DNA of 64,000 nt from Octopus sinensis (GCF_006345805.1 NC_043008.1:992001-1056000); one strand, 5' to 3'. Shown: positions 25,391-39,716, counted from the stretch's first letter. Notes: generated from the sequence alone by a model not told the origin. Made by a program: numbers and translations.

Positions 25391-25540
25391 CCTTAAATCC
25401 TTAAAAATGTTTTAGCCCGAAGGCCGCGGCCATGCTGGGGCACCACCGCTGAATGAGCTACACTAGTTTGTGAATCCACCTCTGATACGTGGCACTTGAT
25501 CAACAAGGGAGTTCGATGCTGCTGCCCGCATCCGTGTCTG
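25391..25540 (-). mobile_element. CR1-type LINE extreme 3' fragment
   Basis: Minus strand encodes AAASNSLVDQV (cf. AAASNSLMHQM at 31.3 kb), then ggtggtgccccagcatggccg-hairpin-aaac and terminal ttttaagg/atttaagg repeat. Confidence 0.7.
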
Positions 25541-26401
25541 TATGTGTACATATACGCATCCGTATGTGTACATATACGTATAAAATTCCATTGCCCACAC
25601 TAGACTACAAATTGATAAGTTTAAATTCTCTCAAATGCCATTTCTAAAACGAATAAGCAAAATATCACGTGGCCTATTGTTGCTGTTAGAATTCGCCGCC
25701 ATTTCTGCTTCACCATCATTTTACTTGCGGAGCAAAGGTAAAAATATTAGCGTTAATAAATTATCAAGAGCTGCTGATATGCATCAGCATTACTAGAGAA
25801 ACTGCCAAACAAGATTAGATTAGCAACACCAATAAAGAGAGAACTAAAACAGCCAGTGCCTGGCTGATTTGATAAAGGAAAGAGAATTGTAGAGTCGTTT
25901 TGTTTTCCATTATATTCGATCAAAGGCTAACATTTCTTCATTATTCTTAGGTGACAAGGAGAGAGGATTATCTTCATTGGAACGTGACTGCCGAATAAAA
26001 AAAAATAGAATATAAAATAAAATAAGTATGTGGTGTGGACATCGTCTCCAGAAGAATAGTAGTAGTAGTAGTGGTGGTGGTGGTGGTGGTGGTTGCGGGG
26101 TAATGGTGTTGGTTGTAGTGGGTAAAATGTGGTATAATAATTCCTTTTGGTCTTGAAAGAAGAAGAAAAGGACAGCAATGAATAAAAATTGGAAAAATAC
26201 AATGGGAGGAAGGAGACATTATATAAGAAAAGAATATGAACTCGGAAAAAAAAGTATATATAACTGAAGTCAAATCACAGAAACTGAAGAAATAACTACT
26301 GCTAAAAAAAAACAAAAAAAAACTAAATAAACTTAATGAAAATGAGGAAGAGGGAATGAAGGAAAATAATACGTTTTAGTAGTAGTAGGATCATGGTGAT
26401 G

Positions 26402-26443
<42 letters not shown>

Positions 26444-27358
26444 TCAGCAGCAGCATTCGTATTTGCAAAGCCAGCATTCTTAATGGCAGTTTGTAATAAA
26501 TAAGGAAACGGTGAGGACGAAGACGAAGAAAGAGAGGAAAGAAAATAGGAAGGGTGGCAGCAAGAAGAGGAAGGAGAAAAAAAAAAAAAAAAAAGAAACA
26601 AAAAAACAGTAATATTGTAGATAAAGGAACGGCGATTCTTAAAAGATCGACTTTTAGGCAGAATATTCCACACACAAATTAAGGAAAAGCACAAGATATA
26701 GTGTTAGAGACGATTTACATTTATACTTAAAACAGAGTGAAATGCGTTAGAAGAAATGTATAAAATTATAGGCAAGAATTGTCTATGTGAACCAATAAAA
26801 TGTTATATTTACCTAACTAGATTCCAAATAAACTAATAAGACGAAAAGTGGACCAATATGCAATGGAATGATGTCTGTGACATTGTCGCAGATAGTAGGA
26901 CGAATATTTTTACACCAAATAAATGTTTGAATGAAGTTTACAGTCTTCGTGTGTTCCTTCTTTGCTGCTAAAATAATAGTTTACGCTAAGTTTAAAATAT
27001 ACTAACTGATATAAAATGCTATGCATATGACATATCAAGGAGAGGCGGCATTTATGCAACAGAATAAGAAAACCATTACAAAATATTGTCTGCAGCATTT
27101 CAATAATGATTAGTAAAGGGCAACGAAAATTTAACACAAGTGACGGCAACCCCAAATTATACGATAGCAACTGAAATGGCAAACTTTGTAAAGAGAAAGT
27201 AGAAATCACAAGAATCACAAACACACATACACACGCACGCACGCACGCACGCACACACATACACACACACACACGCAGTCTCTCTCTCACACACGCAGGC
27301 ACACAGACATACATACAGATAGATAAATAGATAGACAGATAGACAGACAGGCAAACAG

Positions 27359-27389
<31 letters not shown>

Positions 27390-27519
27390 TACAGACAGAC
27401 AGACAGACAGTCATACAAATAGATAGATAGATAGATGGAATGACAGACATATCATTCATGTCGTTTACCGTTGGTGATGTCATGTACCCATATGTGCATA
27501 TATATATATATATAATATA

Positions 27520-27690
27520 TACACGATGGACGTCTTTCAGTTTCCGTCTACCAAATCCAGTCACAAGGCTTTGGTCGGTCCGAGGCAATAGTAGAAGACA
27601 CTTGCCCAATGTGCCACGCAGTAGGACTGAACCCCGAACCATCTAGTTGGTAAGCAACCTCCTTACCACACAGACAGGCCTGCGCTTATG
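27520..27690 (-). mobile_element. SINE family A, 5' half
   Basis: ctttcagtttccgtctaccaaatcc...gaagacacttgcccaatgtgccacgcagtaggactgaacc...ttaccacacag. Confidence 0.9.
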
Positions 27691-28098
27691 TTAATGTATT
27701 TAAAATTAATTATATATGAGCATGTTTGTGAGTAAGTGTGTGTGTATACAACGTGTGTGCTTTTCATAGCGAGACTTTGTTTCTTATGATAGCAATACAG
27801 ATATGAGTGTTAGTGTAAAAATACTCCCAGACTAAAACATGGGAAATGGTATGGATGATGAGTGAAGTAAAGTGATGAGCAACAGGCATGCGGTGTTAAT
27901 TATGCTCTATTTTGCAAACGATCCATTAATATCCAGAGATCCACTTAGAAGACACCCAAAGCAATGTTTTACAATTATATTGCTGCAGGTAAAATGGTAA
28001 GCGATACAGAATGGATGCAGGGTGTATCCGCGAATGTTAGTAGTGTTGTGGGTGAGACTTGGAGCCAACTTGTACAAATGTAAAGCAAAAGTCAAACG

Positions 28099-28099
<1 letters not shown>

Positions 28100-28178
<79 letters not shown>

Positions 28179-28179
28179 A

Positions 28180-28226
<47 letters not shown>

Positions 28227-28281
28227 CAACAATAATAATAATAATAATAATAATGAAAATAATAATGATAATGATAATGAA

Positions 28282-28342
<61 letters not shown>

Positions 28343-28345
28343 TAA
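28100..28345. repeat. (AAT)n array
   Basis: Seen directly. Confidence 0.97.
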
Positions 28346-28676
28346 ATAATGCTTTCTAATCGATGCATCAATGTCAACAGATGACAATGTTTCTCTAAAA
28401 GAAAGTGAGAAACTTTCAAAATACAAAGATCTGGAAAAGGGGTAATTGGAATGTGGCGCCTAAAAACAGAAACAATTCCTATTATTGTAGGCGCATTAGG
28501 TATGATTAACAAACATTCAGACAAATACATAATAAAAACATCAATATTTACAAGTAAATGTAACATCAAGGAAATATCCCTACTAGGCACTGCACACATC
28601 CTAACGTAAAACACTTTCAATACAGAGAAAATAAGAGCACCACAGCAGCGGTTGGTTTAGCAGTGAAATCACGTGA

Positions 28677-28680
<4 letters not shown>
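28346..28680 (+). mobile_element. 5'-truncated RLE-type non-LTR retrotransposon (R4/Dong-like), fragment 1
   Basis: CFLIDASMSTDDNVSLKESEKLSKYKDLE / MWRLKTETIPIIVGALGMINK..SLLGTAHIL, the C-terminal restriction-like endonuclease; one frameshift; followed by (ACT)n(AAT)n. Confidence 0.8.
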
Positions 28681-28733
<53 letters not shown>

Positions 28734-28744
28734 ACTACTACTAC

Positions 28745-28793
<49 letters not shown>

Positions 28794-28839
28794 TATCATA
28801 TAAAGGAGGCACGACAATATGACCAGTTATGTCCACTAG

Positions 28840-29275
28840 CTGTTGCACGGTAAAGCAAACCTGGGGGAGCCGAGACAGCCAGGTATCGTGCTCATTGATA
28901 AAGATGAAAAAGAAGCAAAGGTAATAGATGTTGCAATACCAGACGATTCGAGGGTGAAATGTAAGGAAACAGAAGGGAGAAATAGCAGCCACTGCGAGAC
29001 GAGATGGGAATGTTATGAGACACGAGGAAAGTAATGATGATACCGGTGGTAATTGGGGCATTGGGAACAGTTTCTAAGACCTTTGAAAACTTATTAAGGA
29101 TACTGGAGTTGCTGTAAGGCCCGAAGTAATCCGGAAGACAATATTGTTGGGTACAGCTCTCATTCTAAGGAGAATATTGTCTCTTTGAGTCACAGGCGAG
29201 GGCAATACATTGGTGATTTGTTATTGACTGCTCTCAAATAAAGAACAACCGCAAATGGAACAACGAGACTCAAAA
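28840..29275 (+). mobile_element. 5'-truncated RLE-type non-LTR retrotransposon (R4/Dong-like), fragment 2, different family
   Basis: EPRQPGIVLIDKDEKEAKVIDVAIPDDSRVKCKETE / VMMIPVVIGALGTVSK..IRKTILLGTALILRRILSL*; ends in (AAC)n(AAT)n. Confidence 0.8.
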
Positions 29276-29869
29276 CAACAACAACAACAACAATAATAAT
29301 AATAATAATAATATTAATAATAATAATAACAATAATTTACATACATATGATGATATATGTATATGTGAATGAGTATGCGTGTGTGTGTTTGTGTACGCAC
29401 GTGTCCGTTTGTAAAGATAATGTAGCACAGTAATTCGTGTTTTGTAATCAAGTAAATGAAGCCAAAATATGCAATAGCGACGCAAAAAGCAATTTGCGCT
29501 TCTAGATATTAAAAAATAATTTTGTGTTTGCGCGTGTGTATGTGTGTCAATCTATCATATTAATTGTATATATATATTTGGACAAATATTGTACTTAAAC
29601 GCCCGGAGCACTCAATGTTCTACAACCATTCGCTCTAAATATACACTTCCCTGTTGCACCCCAACTATCTCTCTCTCACCCAACTGCAGGTTATTCATAC
29701 TGTAATATTCATGAAAACACGTTAGCAAATATACACACGTATACATGTATATGCCTGTGGGTCTATGTATGAGTATGTGAGTATATATGTATATATTTAT
29801 TCACACACACATGCACATGCAACTATATATATATAATTATACGTATATATATATATATATATTTATCCT

Positions 29870-30055
29870 GTTATTCTTTTACTTGTTTCAGTCATTTGAA
29901 GCCGCCATGTTGGAGCACAGCCTTTACTCGAAAAAATCGACCCCAGGACTTATTCTCTGTAAGCCTAGTACTTCTGCCGATCTGTTTTGCCGAACCGCTC
30001 AGTTATGAGGACATCATCGGCTGTTAGTCAAGCGCCGGGTGCGTAGACACAGACA
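29870..30055 (-). mobile_element. SINE family A, 3' half
   Basis: cttttacttgtttcagtcatttga...gccgaaccgct. Confidence 0.85.
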
Positions 30056-30333
30056 TATATAAATATATATATCATATAATATGAATAATATATACATATA
30101 TATGGACCTATACATATATGCACATACTAACATATATATGTATATAAATATATATGCATATTTGGGTACAGAACCTCAAAAAGCGTAAAGAACATGAAAT
30201 ACGAACTGCGAAAACAAAGAATACGAACTTTCTTTTGCGAACAAAGAAAGAAACAAATGGAAAACAAGACAAGTAACAGAAAGAACGACCTTGCATCAGT
30301 TGTCGGCTGTTTATCTACTCCACATTTCCAGCG

Positions 30334-30389
<56 letters not shown>

Positions 30390-30689
30390 ATATATATAAT
30401 ATATATATAATTTCTTTTACATAGCTAGTAGCAGAGATTTCACACTGTGGGGAGCAATTTTTCAACAAATCTATATAACCTGCTTTGTGTCCCCAAGCAA
30501 TCTTCCAGGATTACTGTACATGGTCAGTCCTATCTGAAAACCAGCTGGCTGGTCTGTGGGAAAACGCAGGAGAAAAACGAGAAGAATGTTGATGGCAAAT
30601 GTGAAACTAGAAGCAAAATCGGTGAAAATAAAAGGGAAAAGCCCAAAACTACTGAGAAAGTTGCGAGATGCCGTGAAAACTTTAGAAAA

Positions 30690-31425
30690 ATTACAAATGA
30701 TGCAACTTTTCATGTGCATGTTGCTAAATTGGCAATGAAATGTAGGCGGCTGACCGGATGGATTCTTAGAGCTTTTAGAACAAGAGACCAGGAAACCACG
30801 ATGGTCCTCTGGAGGACACTTGTCCTAAGCCACTTTGAATATTGCTCTCAGCTATGGTCACCAACCAGTGTCAAATTAATCTCAGAACTTGAGGCAATCC
30901 AACGAAGCTACACGAAGCTACATATAAGCTATTGGGAAAGACTCAAGAGATTAAAACTCTATTCCTTAGAGCGTAGGTGAGAAAGATATGTCATAATATA
31001 CATCTGGAAGATCCTGGAAGGAGTTGTCCCAAACTTTGGTATTGAGAGTTTCACAAATACTAGAACTGGGCGTCACTGCATAGTGCCAAGGACTCCAAAT
31101 TTGTCATCAAGATGTAGGTCAAGATACTGCAATAGCCTGGGCTTCAGAGGTCCATAGATCTTCAATATCCCCCGAAGGACCTGAGAGACCTGCATGAGGT
31201 GGATGTAGGTGTCTTCAAAATAAAGCTGGACCTCTTCCTGTCAGGTTCCCAGATGAACCAACTTCGCGGCAGGGGATGCAGATGAGGGCAGCTGCATCAA
31301 ACTCTCTCATGCACCAAATGTCAATTGCTAAAAAGCATTTGTGAAGTAAAATCATGTAGCAACACCAAATGGCGTTGCCCCAGCATGGCCACAGCTGAAA
31401 CTAGATGAAATAAAAAAAAAAATTA
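30690..31425 (+). mobile_element. CR1-clade LINE 3' fragment (second family)
   Basis: DATFHVHVAKLA..WILRAFRTRD..LSHFEYCSQLWSP..LEAIQRSYTK..YWERLKRLKLYSLERR*ERY..RAAASNSL; 3' UTR then A-rich tail. Confidence 0.9.
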
Positions 31426-31474
31426 AATTTAAAATTTAAAAAAGTGATAATTGAAAATTTCACCAGTGAGTGTG

Positions 31475-31827
31475 TTAAATTAATCAACATATTAACCAAC
31501 GATTGTTTCATTACTCAAATAAGATTAAAATTACAAAACTTATATAAAAATATACTTTTGCATTTTAAATAGATTATAAAGAAAATGTTCAGGGTTTTCA
31601 CGGGACAATAAGGATTACTATAGGATAATATTGGAATATACAAAATATCTGAATATTCCGAAACTATCCTAATCTAATCCATTCCGAAAATATGTTATCC
31701 TTATTGTCCTCAGGATACCCTGACGATTTTGCTTACTTAAATTGCAAAAGAATTTTTATATATGTTTTGTAACTTTAATCTTATTTCTGAAATGAAACAA
31801 TTGTGGGTGAATATGCTGATTAATTAA
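31475..31827. mobile_element. Fold-back MITE-like palindrome with about 140-bp imperfect arms
   Basis: 31475-31616 is the reverse complement of 31696-31827 (attgtttcatt..aaataagattaaa.ttacaaaac.tatataaaaa..cttttgca; cagggt..ggacaataaggat). Confidence 0.75.
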
Positions 31828-31899
31828 TAAATTAATTTCTATTTATTAGACCTCTCTGCTTTCTGTCTCAATATATACATTCATACATACATACATACA

Positions 31900-31930
<31 letters not shown>

Positions 31931-32275
31931 GCATATATATATATACACATATATACATACATACATACATACATACATACATAAATACATAAATATATAT
32001 ACACATGCATACGTATATGTATGCATGTATGTATGAATGATATAGGTATTAGAGATAAAATACAATAATATATCATCAGTTTAAAAGAATTCCTGCGAAC
32101 ATCGACGTCTTGCGAATCTGCAAGATTTAAAAGCCATATTTTGTGAAACGTCGAAGTTACAGACATTAGTATAATAAATGATTATTAACACGCACATAAC
32201 TAGTATTCGTATGTATGCACATAAAAAACTCTACATGTATCACTATCATTCTCTTTCGTTCACAGTCTCTCTCTC

Positions 32276-32311
<36 letters not shown>

Positions 32312-32368
32312 TGTATGCGTTTCTGTGTTTCTATGTGTATATACATATATATGTATGCATATCTATCT

Positions 32369-32433
<65 letters not shown>

Positions 32434-32502
32434 CATATAGATATGCATACATATATATATATGTGTGTATATACACATAGAAACAAAGAAACACATACAT
32501 GC

Positions 32503-32535
<33 letters not shown>

Positions 32536-33158
32536 TACATACATACATAGATGTATACATATGCACACATCTATGTGTATGTGTTTGTGTATTTGTGTGT
32601 GTTTGTGCCTGCGTGTATACAAAACTCTCGTATAAATGTGAGTAAGTGCGTTTTGGTATTTTTTTGTTTTTAATTTAATTCATACGAAAAACATTCACCG
32701 CATCGCCTGTTACTGAAGACGTTATATCGACACATTAAATGAGAATGCAATGGAAATTTCAATTATATTAAGATACAAAATTAGGTTCAAATTCAGCTGG
32801 AAATAGATTTAGACAACAAGAAACGACACCAGGGAAAACGACAAAATCCGGCTTATATTGATTAAATTGTTTAAAGTGTGCAATGATGTAGAGTAAGATA
32901 AAATTGTAAGTAGAAATATATAAAAGAAGAAAAAAATTCCATTAACTTCTTTTACAGTAAAGTTAAATAGTTTCCAGAAAGTTTGCCATATAATATGTCT
33001 CTGTCTTGCGATAGATTTGTATTTTTTTTTACTTTCCTTCACAACACTCCAGCGCAGCCACGCACATACTCTGACGTTATAGATGCAAGAAGAAGAAAAC
33101 GCTCGCTTTGTTTGTGAAGTATTTATTTCTATTATTGATGCGCACATGCATACAGGCA

Positions 33159-33230
<72 letters not shown>

Positions 33231-33439
33231 TATATGTGTGTGTGTGTGTGTGTTGTGTGTGTGTGTGTGTGTGTGAGTGTATTTAGAGTGAATGATAAGT
33301 ACACGTATGAATATATATATATATTTCACAGTATGTATAGGAAGTGTGAGTTCGGGTCCTTAGGACTTTTTAAAGCAATATTTATATATCATGTATAACT
33401 TTTTTCCCAGCTTTGAGGTTCACGGTTCGCCAAAATTTA

Positions 33440-33497
33440 ATTTATCCATCCATCCATCCATCTATCCATACATACATACATAATACATACATGCATA

Positions 33498-33578
<81 letters not shown>

Positions 33579-33627
33579 ATATATATATGCATACATATAT
33601 ATATATACATATATATATATATGTATG

Positions 33628-33684
<57 letters not shown>

Positions 33685-33700
33685 AATACATACATAAGTG
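33440..33700. repeat. (TCCA)n/(TA)n compound microsatellite
   Basis: Seen directly. Confidence 0.95.
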
Positions 33701-34345
33701 TAGCATGTATGTTAGTATGCGTGTGTCCGTTTCTTTTTCGTTATGTTTTAATTCCAATATGAAGACAAATGCGTACAAGGAATTGGTACGTTCACTTTCC
33801 GTTTCTCTATCTAATCTAATTTTGGTCGTATCTGTTTAAGATGCTTAATTGAAGCTCTATCAGTTGTATACAGTAGTGCTCTGTTTCCCCCATATAGCCG
33901 GCGTCATCGATAAATACGAGTTTTAACATTTCCATTGAGGATTTCTTGGCATAAACGAAACGAATTGACTGATAATGAGAATTATTGTGTACGGACTAGC
34001 TTCTCACATTTCGTGTACTCCGACGAACAGCTTGCCATGAAACGTTTGTCTTTGCTTCGTCGCATGATTCATTAACGCATTCATCTTTCTACTTCCTTTT
34101 GCAATCTTATTTCAATCGACGCAGACTATCTGTATTCTATCAATTCACGTGAATAACAAGATTTACTAGAATTCTATCACTCTTAATGTGGTTCGCACCA
34201 GTAAGATTTGTCTACTCATTCAAAAGATCTCCGTGAAATTCTTCGTCGAGGAAAACTAACTAATCTTTCGCCATTACTTATGCAGCAGAACCGTTAGTTG
34301 AATTACCTATGGTTTCTATTGACAGCTTCACGAACTGAGTCAGAA

Positions 34346-34407
<62 letters not shown>

Positions 34408-34724
34408 ATATATTTATAATATATATGTATATATATATATATATATGGCCTGCTCGGTTAGCCCGGGGTGGCATCACTTGAAGGCTAAAACAATGCAAAG
34501 CGCATTGTGACCAGCGATGTGTAGCAATATCTGATAGCCTGGTCGGTCACGGTGATCACGGTGATGTATATATATATATATATATATATAATAAATATAT
34601 ATATATATAATGTAGATAGATAGATGCATTGATAGCTACATAGCCACATACATACATATAATACATATATATATATAAGTGTGTGGGGGATGTTTGTGTG
34701 TGTATGTATATATGTAAATATGTA

Positions 34725-35050
34725 CAATGGCACTCAGTCGGTTACGACGACATGGTTTGCGGCTGATCCAATCAACGGAACACTATGCCCGTGAAATTAA
34801 CATGCAAGTGGAAGAGTACTCGACAGACACGTAAACCCTTAATGCATTTCTCAGTGAAATTCAGCGTGACAGAATGCACATGGCTGACATTTTGAAATAC
34901 TGGTACTGCCCATTTTGGTTTGCTGAGTAGACTCGAGTAGCGTAAAATACAGAGTCCTGACGCCGCCAGGAATCGAACTGATGACACTACGATTTTGAGT
35001 CGAATACCCTAATCCTTTTGCATTATCTTGCTTAGAGTACGGCATATAAT
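34725..35050 (-). mobile_element. Degenerate tRNA-derived SINE (another family)
   Basis: Head remnant gccaggaatcgaact..gagtcgaataccctaa; body shared with 45345-45530 (cagcgtgacagaatgca). Confidence 0.65.
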
Positions 35051-36608
35051 CTGTGACCAGTTAGTAGATGCCAGGATTTTAATCAGATATAGTCAGTTTA
35101 AAACCGTAATCAATTCATATGTGATTTGGAGGAGGAAATGTCTAAGACTTCCAGAAACATTCTTTGCTGGACTGTGATGCTTTCTGATAGAACTGAGTAG
35201 TGTGCATGTGTGGGTGAGAAAAATATAGAGGGTGTGTAGGTTAGAGATAAAGGTGACAACAGGAGAACAGTAAACATTGAGGGTAGATCACAGAAAGACA
35301 TCTAGTGTGCAGGTCAAAGCGGGTAAAACGAAAACAACTATGATGTTATCAATAAAGACGTCGCCATAGTGAGCGCTAAATTTGAATGGTAATAAAACGG
35401 AATTTTCAACTCCCCAAATCAACAATATGTCACATCTGCTCCAGAAGCGTTTGAACTGGGTTTAAGCAAAAAATTACACAGCATCAACATTACCTTCCAT
35501 TCGGTGGATGTCAATCATGTAATAAAAAGTTAATAGTTTAAAAAATAGTTGAATAAGACACAAAGAGGTACATCATCAATGTCTTTATAACTTATTCCGA
35601 ACATATTGGAATTTTATACACAGGGAAATGGGACTTTTGCTGTTATGATGCTTACTTAACAGGTATTTACAAATATTTGCATTTTGTAAATAAATGCATT
35701 TCATCATTATCATATCCACAAAGAAATACATGTGAATTGTATGTCACTCCACTGGCGTCCCTTAAAAGAACATGTTTATTCAAATATAACTCTATCAACT
35801 AGCGTTGGGGATGGGGCTAATTTGATTCTATTTTTCTTTATTATGTATGACCAGCCTAGGAATATAAGGCGGCAAATTAGTAGAAACGTCAGCGACTCAG
35901 ATAGATGACCTTGCGTTATTTGTTTCAATATTTATCATCGTCAGTTTAAATGTTACTGGAGCCGAATATATTGTCCTCAATCTGGCTGAGAAGCAAAAGT
36001 ACCAATGAAATGCTGTTAGCGGTTTTCACTCTTTCTATTTTCTCTTACACTGTCTTAGCTTCGTTGTGTGGCGCGATGGATCACGGGTGATTACCTGTAG
36101 ACGGTTAACAGTTCCATTTCAAACAATTCTGATATGTTGCTGGAAACGTCCATGATGGTCTGATATGCTTGACTGAACATAATAAGTATCAAAGAATAAT
36201 CGGTTAAAACAGAGACTCAAAATTAGGTTAAATGCTTAGAATAAGAAAACAAAATTCTGTTGATATTACAATCACCTGGAATGGCTGGTGAGTCTCTTTA
36301 CATTCTATAATGATGTTAAAAAGAAAAAGATCGCCTCTGGTTGAAAAACAATGAAAACTAAATTACCAAGAAGCACTTTCTCCTGCTAATGACCAATTAT
36401 TAGTCATAATTACAATTATATATCAAATTACGAAATAAATTTTTCTAAAAAATGATATTCTCGATGTTCAAATGAAATTAAAAGCTAATTCTTTTCTGTC
36501 TCTCATTTCCTTTCTTCTCACGATGAGTTGGACACGCGCTCGGGCAGCCTACACGCCACCTGCATCTCTATGGATGTGCATGTACATATATGCATGTCAT
36601 ATAATATG

Positions 36609-36641
<33 letters not shown>

Positions 36642-36765
36642 ATATATATATATATATAATATATATTATATATATATATATATCACATATACATATACAT
36701 ATACATATATATGTATGTGCATATACGCACCCGGCCAATCATACAGACAGACAAGGCACCACAGA

Positions 36766-36859
<94 letters not shown>

Positions 36860-36897
36860 CTATGTATATACACGCATACGGCCAGTTACACAGACAG

Positions 36898-36936
<39 letters not shown>

Positions 36937-37689
36937 ACCACATATATATATATACATATTCAATTAATTTGCCAATCCCGCATTAAATTCTGTAGGAATT
37001 AACCTAATCTTTTTTTAATGTTTATTACTTCCAACTTGCTTTAATCACGAACGTCTGTATTCTTTGCTCAACGTCATTTCATTATAAATAATAGTTTTCC
37101 TGTTGAAAGGCATTTAATTGTTTCATCAAATGTAAATACCTGTTAAATTACCATATAACTAAGCTGATTATTTTACGAGACAAGTTAAGTTATAGGTAAT
37201 GGACAAACTCGCAGGAAATAACAGCCAATTTCCATGAAAGTCAAAGTGTAATTAGAAATGTATAAAGTACATTTCAGTCCCTGAATTGAAAAGCATGCGC
37301 ACGCTTTCAATTATGGCTTGGCCGTTTTATTCTGGAGCGAATATAATGCATTCCGGGTGTATGAAGCAGTTAAGGAAGAATTCGGAAGTGTCTGGAATCG
37401 AGTCGAGATGGAAAAAAAGAAATTTTTATGTATTCTCATGATATGGCAGCAACTAAATCTAATTGTCTGATATATACCGATGTTACGTCTCAGTCAGAAT
37501 TGGTTCTCATGCTTAGAAAAGTTACATACAAAATATAGAAAGCAATTATTCGTAAAAAATGGTAGATGTTAGCGATTAGTTTGAAAGCATTTGAGAAAAA
37601 TTGAATTATAGCTAGAAAAGCTGTATTTTACTGGAAGTTCTTCGAAGGAAGTGTAAAGAAAATACTTGAATTCCAGACAATTGCGAATC

Positions 37690-38090
37690 ACACCCGAGAT
37701 ATATCGTCTTTGATATAGACGAAAACTTCCGAGCTAGAGATATGTGAGAAATCGCACGCAGTATTGGTAAAGCAGTGAAGCTTATTGAGTTTAAAGGCAC
37801 AGAGAACATCGTTGAAACCTTCGCAATTTGGTGGTTTAGAAGTTGCGACGAGACCTCAGTAGTGCTGGTGCCACGGTATATAGCAGTTAGTAGAATCTAC
37901 AATATTGTGTCTTAAGAAGGCATTATTGCTGAGAAACGATGTGGAAATTGTTGCCTTAAAGAGAAAGAACCTTCTTCTCTGATGTCGTCGATCCTGTCAT
38001 GCCATCATGAAAAGAGAACGTAAAATGATGGTAATGCAAAGAATGACACATGGTAAATCTCCAAGAGGGCGTCGAAATATGAAACATGTT
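37690..38090 (+). pseudogene. Highly degenerate RTE-like LINE fragment
   Basis: EIARSIGKA (cf. EI..RIGKA) and MTHGKSPRGRR (cf. G.R.RGRP) at suitable spacing; many stops. Confidence 0.4.
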
Positions 38091-38569
38091 TGCCAATCCA
38101 AACATAACCCACATTAGGAGGAGTCAAATGCGTAATCAACTGATACGATGTTTTGGTTCTTTGCTAACAAGAAGAAACATTTCTGCAACAAAGATGTCCA
38201 AGGTTAATATGATATAGCACAACTAACACTCTAACATCTATCAAGCGCGTAAACTAACTTAATAACTACCTATACACACACGCATACCTATGCACAAACA
38301 GACGGACACCCACGCAGCAGTAAAACATGTACAAACACCCACATGTACACACACATGACCGCACACACATAAGCATAGCCAAGCGTGGATATAGGCGTGT
38401 GTGGATGCATGCTTGTCTTTCTCTCAGAGTATACAGGCAGATACGGGTGAACAATAAAACAAAACAAATTTATACCTCACCAAAATTATATATATGCATT
38501 AACGTGTATGTGTGTATATATGCATACATATCTATTTATGTGACCGCGTGTATATCGTTGGCGATTCTT

Positions 38570-38750
38570 TTTCCTCCGTCTTCCCATCCTTGGATCTTTT
38601 CTTTTCCTATGTTTCTAACGAAGAGCTCCGCTCCAAACGTTAGATCCTCCTTCTTCCCTTCCTTCCTGAGCGTCCAATAACACCATACTTGTTCCACGTC
38701 CTCCCGTTGTTGTGTTTTCTCTTTGTGTTTTCATGTTTGGATTAACTTTA
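38570..38750 (+). mobile_element. Short repeat related to the 13081 element, with a decayed hammerhead-like motif at 38612-38644
   Basis: ttt-CTAACGA-A-GAGC-tcc-GCTC-CAAAC-GTT-aga; downstream cctgagcgt..aata..cacc similar to 13187-13230; ends at (TA)n. Confidence 0.55.
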
Positions 38751-39184
38751 TATATATATATAAATATATGAAGATACATAGATGCATGCGCACATATTTA
38801 TCTATATAAAACTTAACACAAATTCGGTGTGTGTTGCGTTCATTTACTTAATAAATGAAACCATGTGTGATAAATAAACAAATGGCATAGCGCATAGTGA
38901 GTGTACAACCGGAGGGGAGAGAAACACAGAAGATCCCTTATTCTTCATCTGTTAGCAGCTAATTGGTAATACACAGTTTCGGGCCTTTGATGATAAGAGT
39001 GGGAGCTTCTCATATTGGCGGTGCCCATCAAAATGTTTTTTGCGGAGAATTTTGAGTCGAGAGCAAACAAAATTCAGGGCCGAGAGAGAAAAGTAGAACG
39101 TGGAAAATCTAGAATAGAATTGAGAAGGTGAGCGAAAGAAAAGGGCAAATAATGAAGGTAAGAGATTGAGTCACGCAGGCTTCT

Positions 39185-39270
39185 CTTCTCCGAACCGCTA
39201 AGTTGCAGCGACGAAAACACACCAGCATCTGCTGTGAACCGATGGTGGCGGTAGCGGTGGGGCAAACACA
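39185..39270 (-). mobile_element. SINE family A internal fragment
   Basis: ccgaaccgctaagtt..aaacacaccagcatc. Confidence 0.7.
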
Positions 39271-39327
39271 AACACACATATACACACACATGCATAATAC
39301 ATACACACATATATATACATATATATG

Positions 39328-39376
<49 letters not shown>

Positions 39377-39382
39377 ATGTGT

Positions 39383-39416
<34 letters not shown>

Positions 39417-39716
39417 TTAAATAAGCTCACACACACACACACACGTACTCATACATGCATGCAGATATGTGCACCAACAGATCAAATGTGAAGTGTCGGC
39501 TAAAATTCGCGCACCGAAGCACTTCATCTTGTGTATTCATCATTTAAAAAAAGCAATTTTTTATTCGATTTTAGAAAAATTTAAGCAAGCCTTTGACATT
39601 TCGGGATCGTATCGAGGCTGACTCGTGCGTGACTTTTGGCCCACCTTGTATTTGTATGCGTATATACGCACGCACATACACACACACGCATATATATTTT
39701 AAACATGTATATTTGC

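Noticed and set aside
27907-28620. 237-aa minus-strand ORF
   Set aside because: Antisense to an RLE fragment and spanning an (AAT)n array
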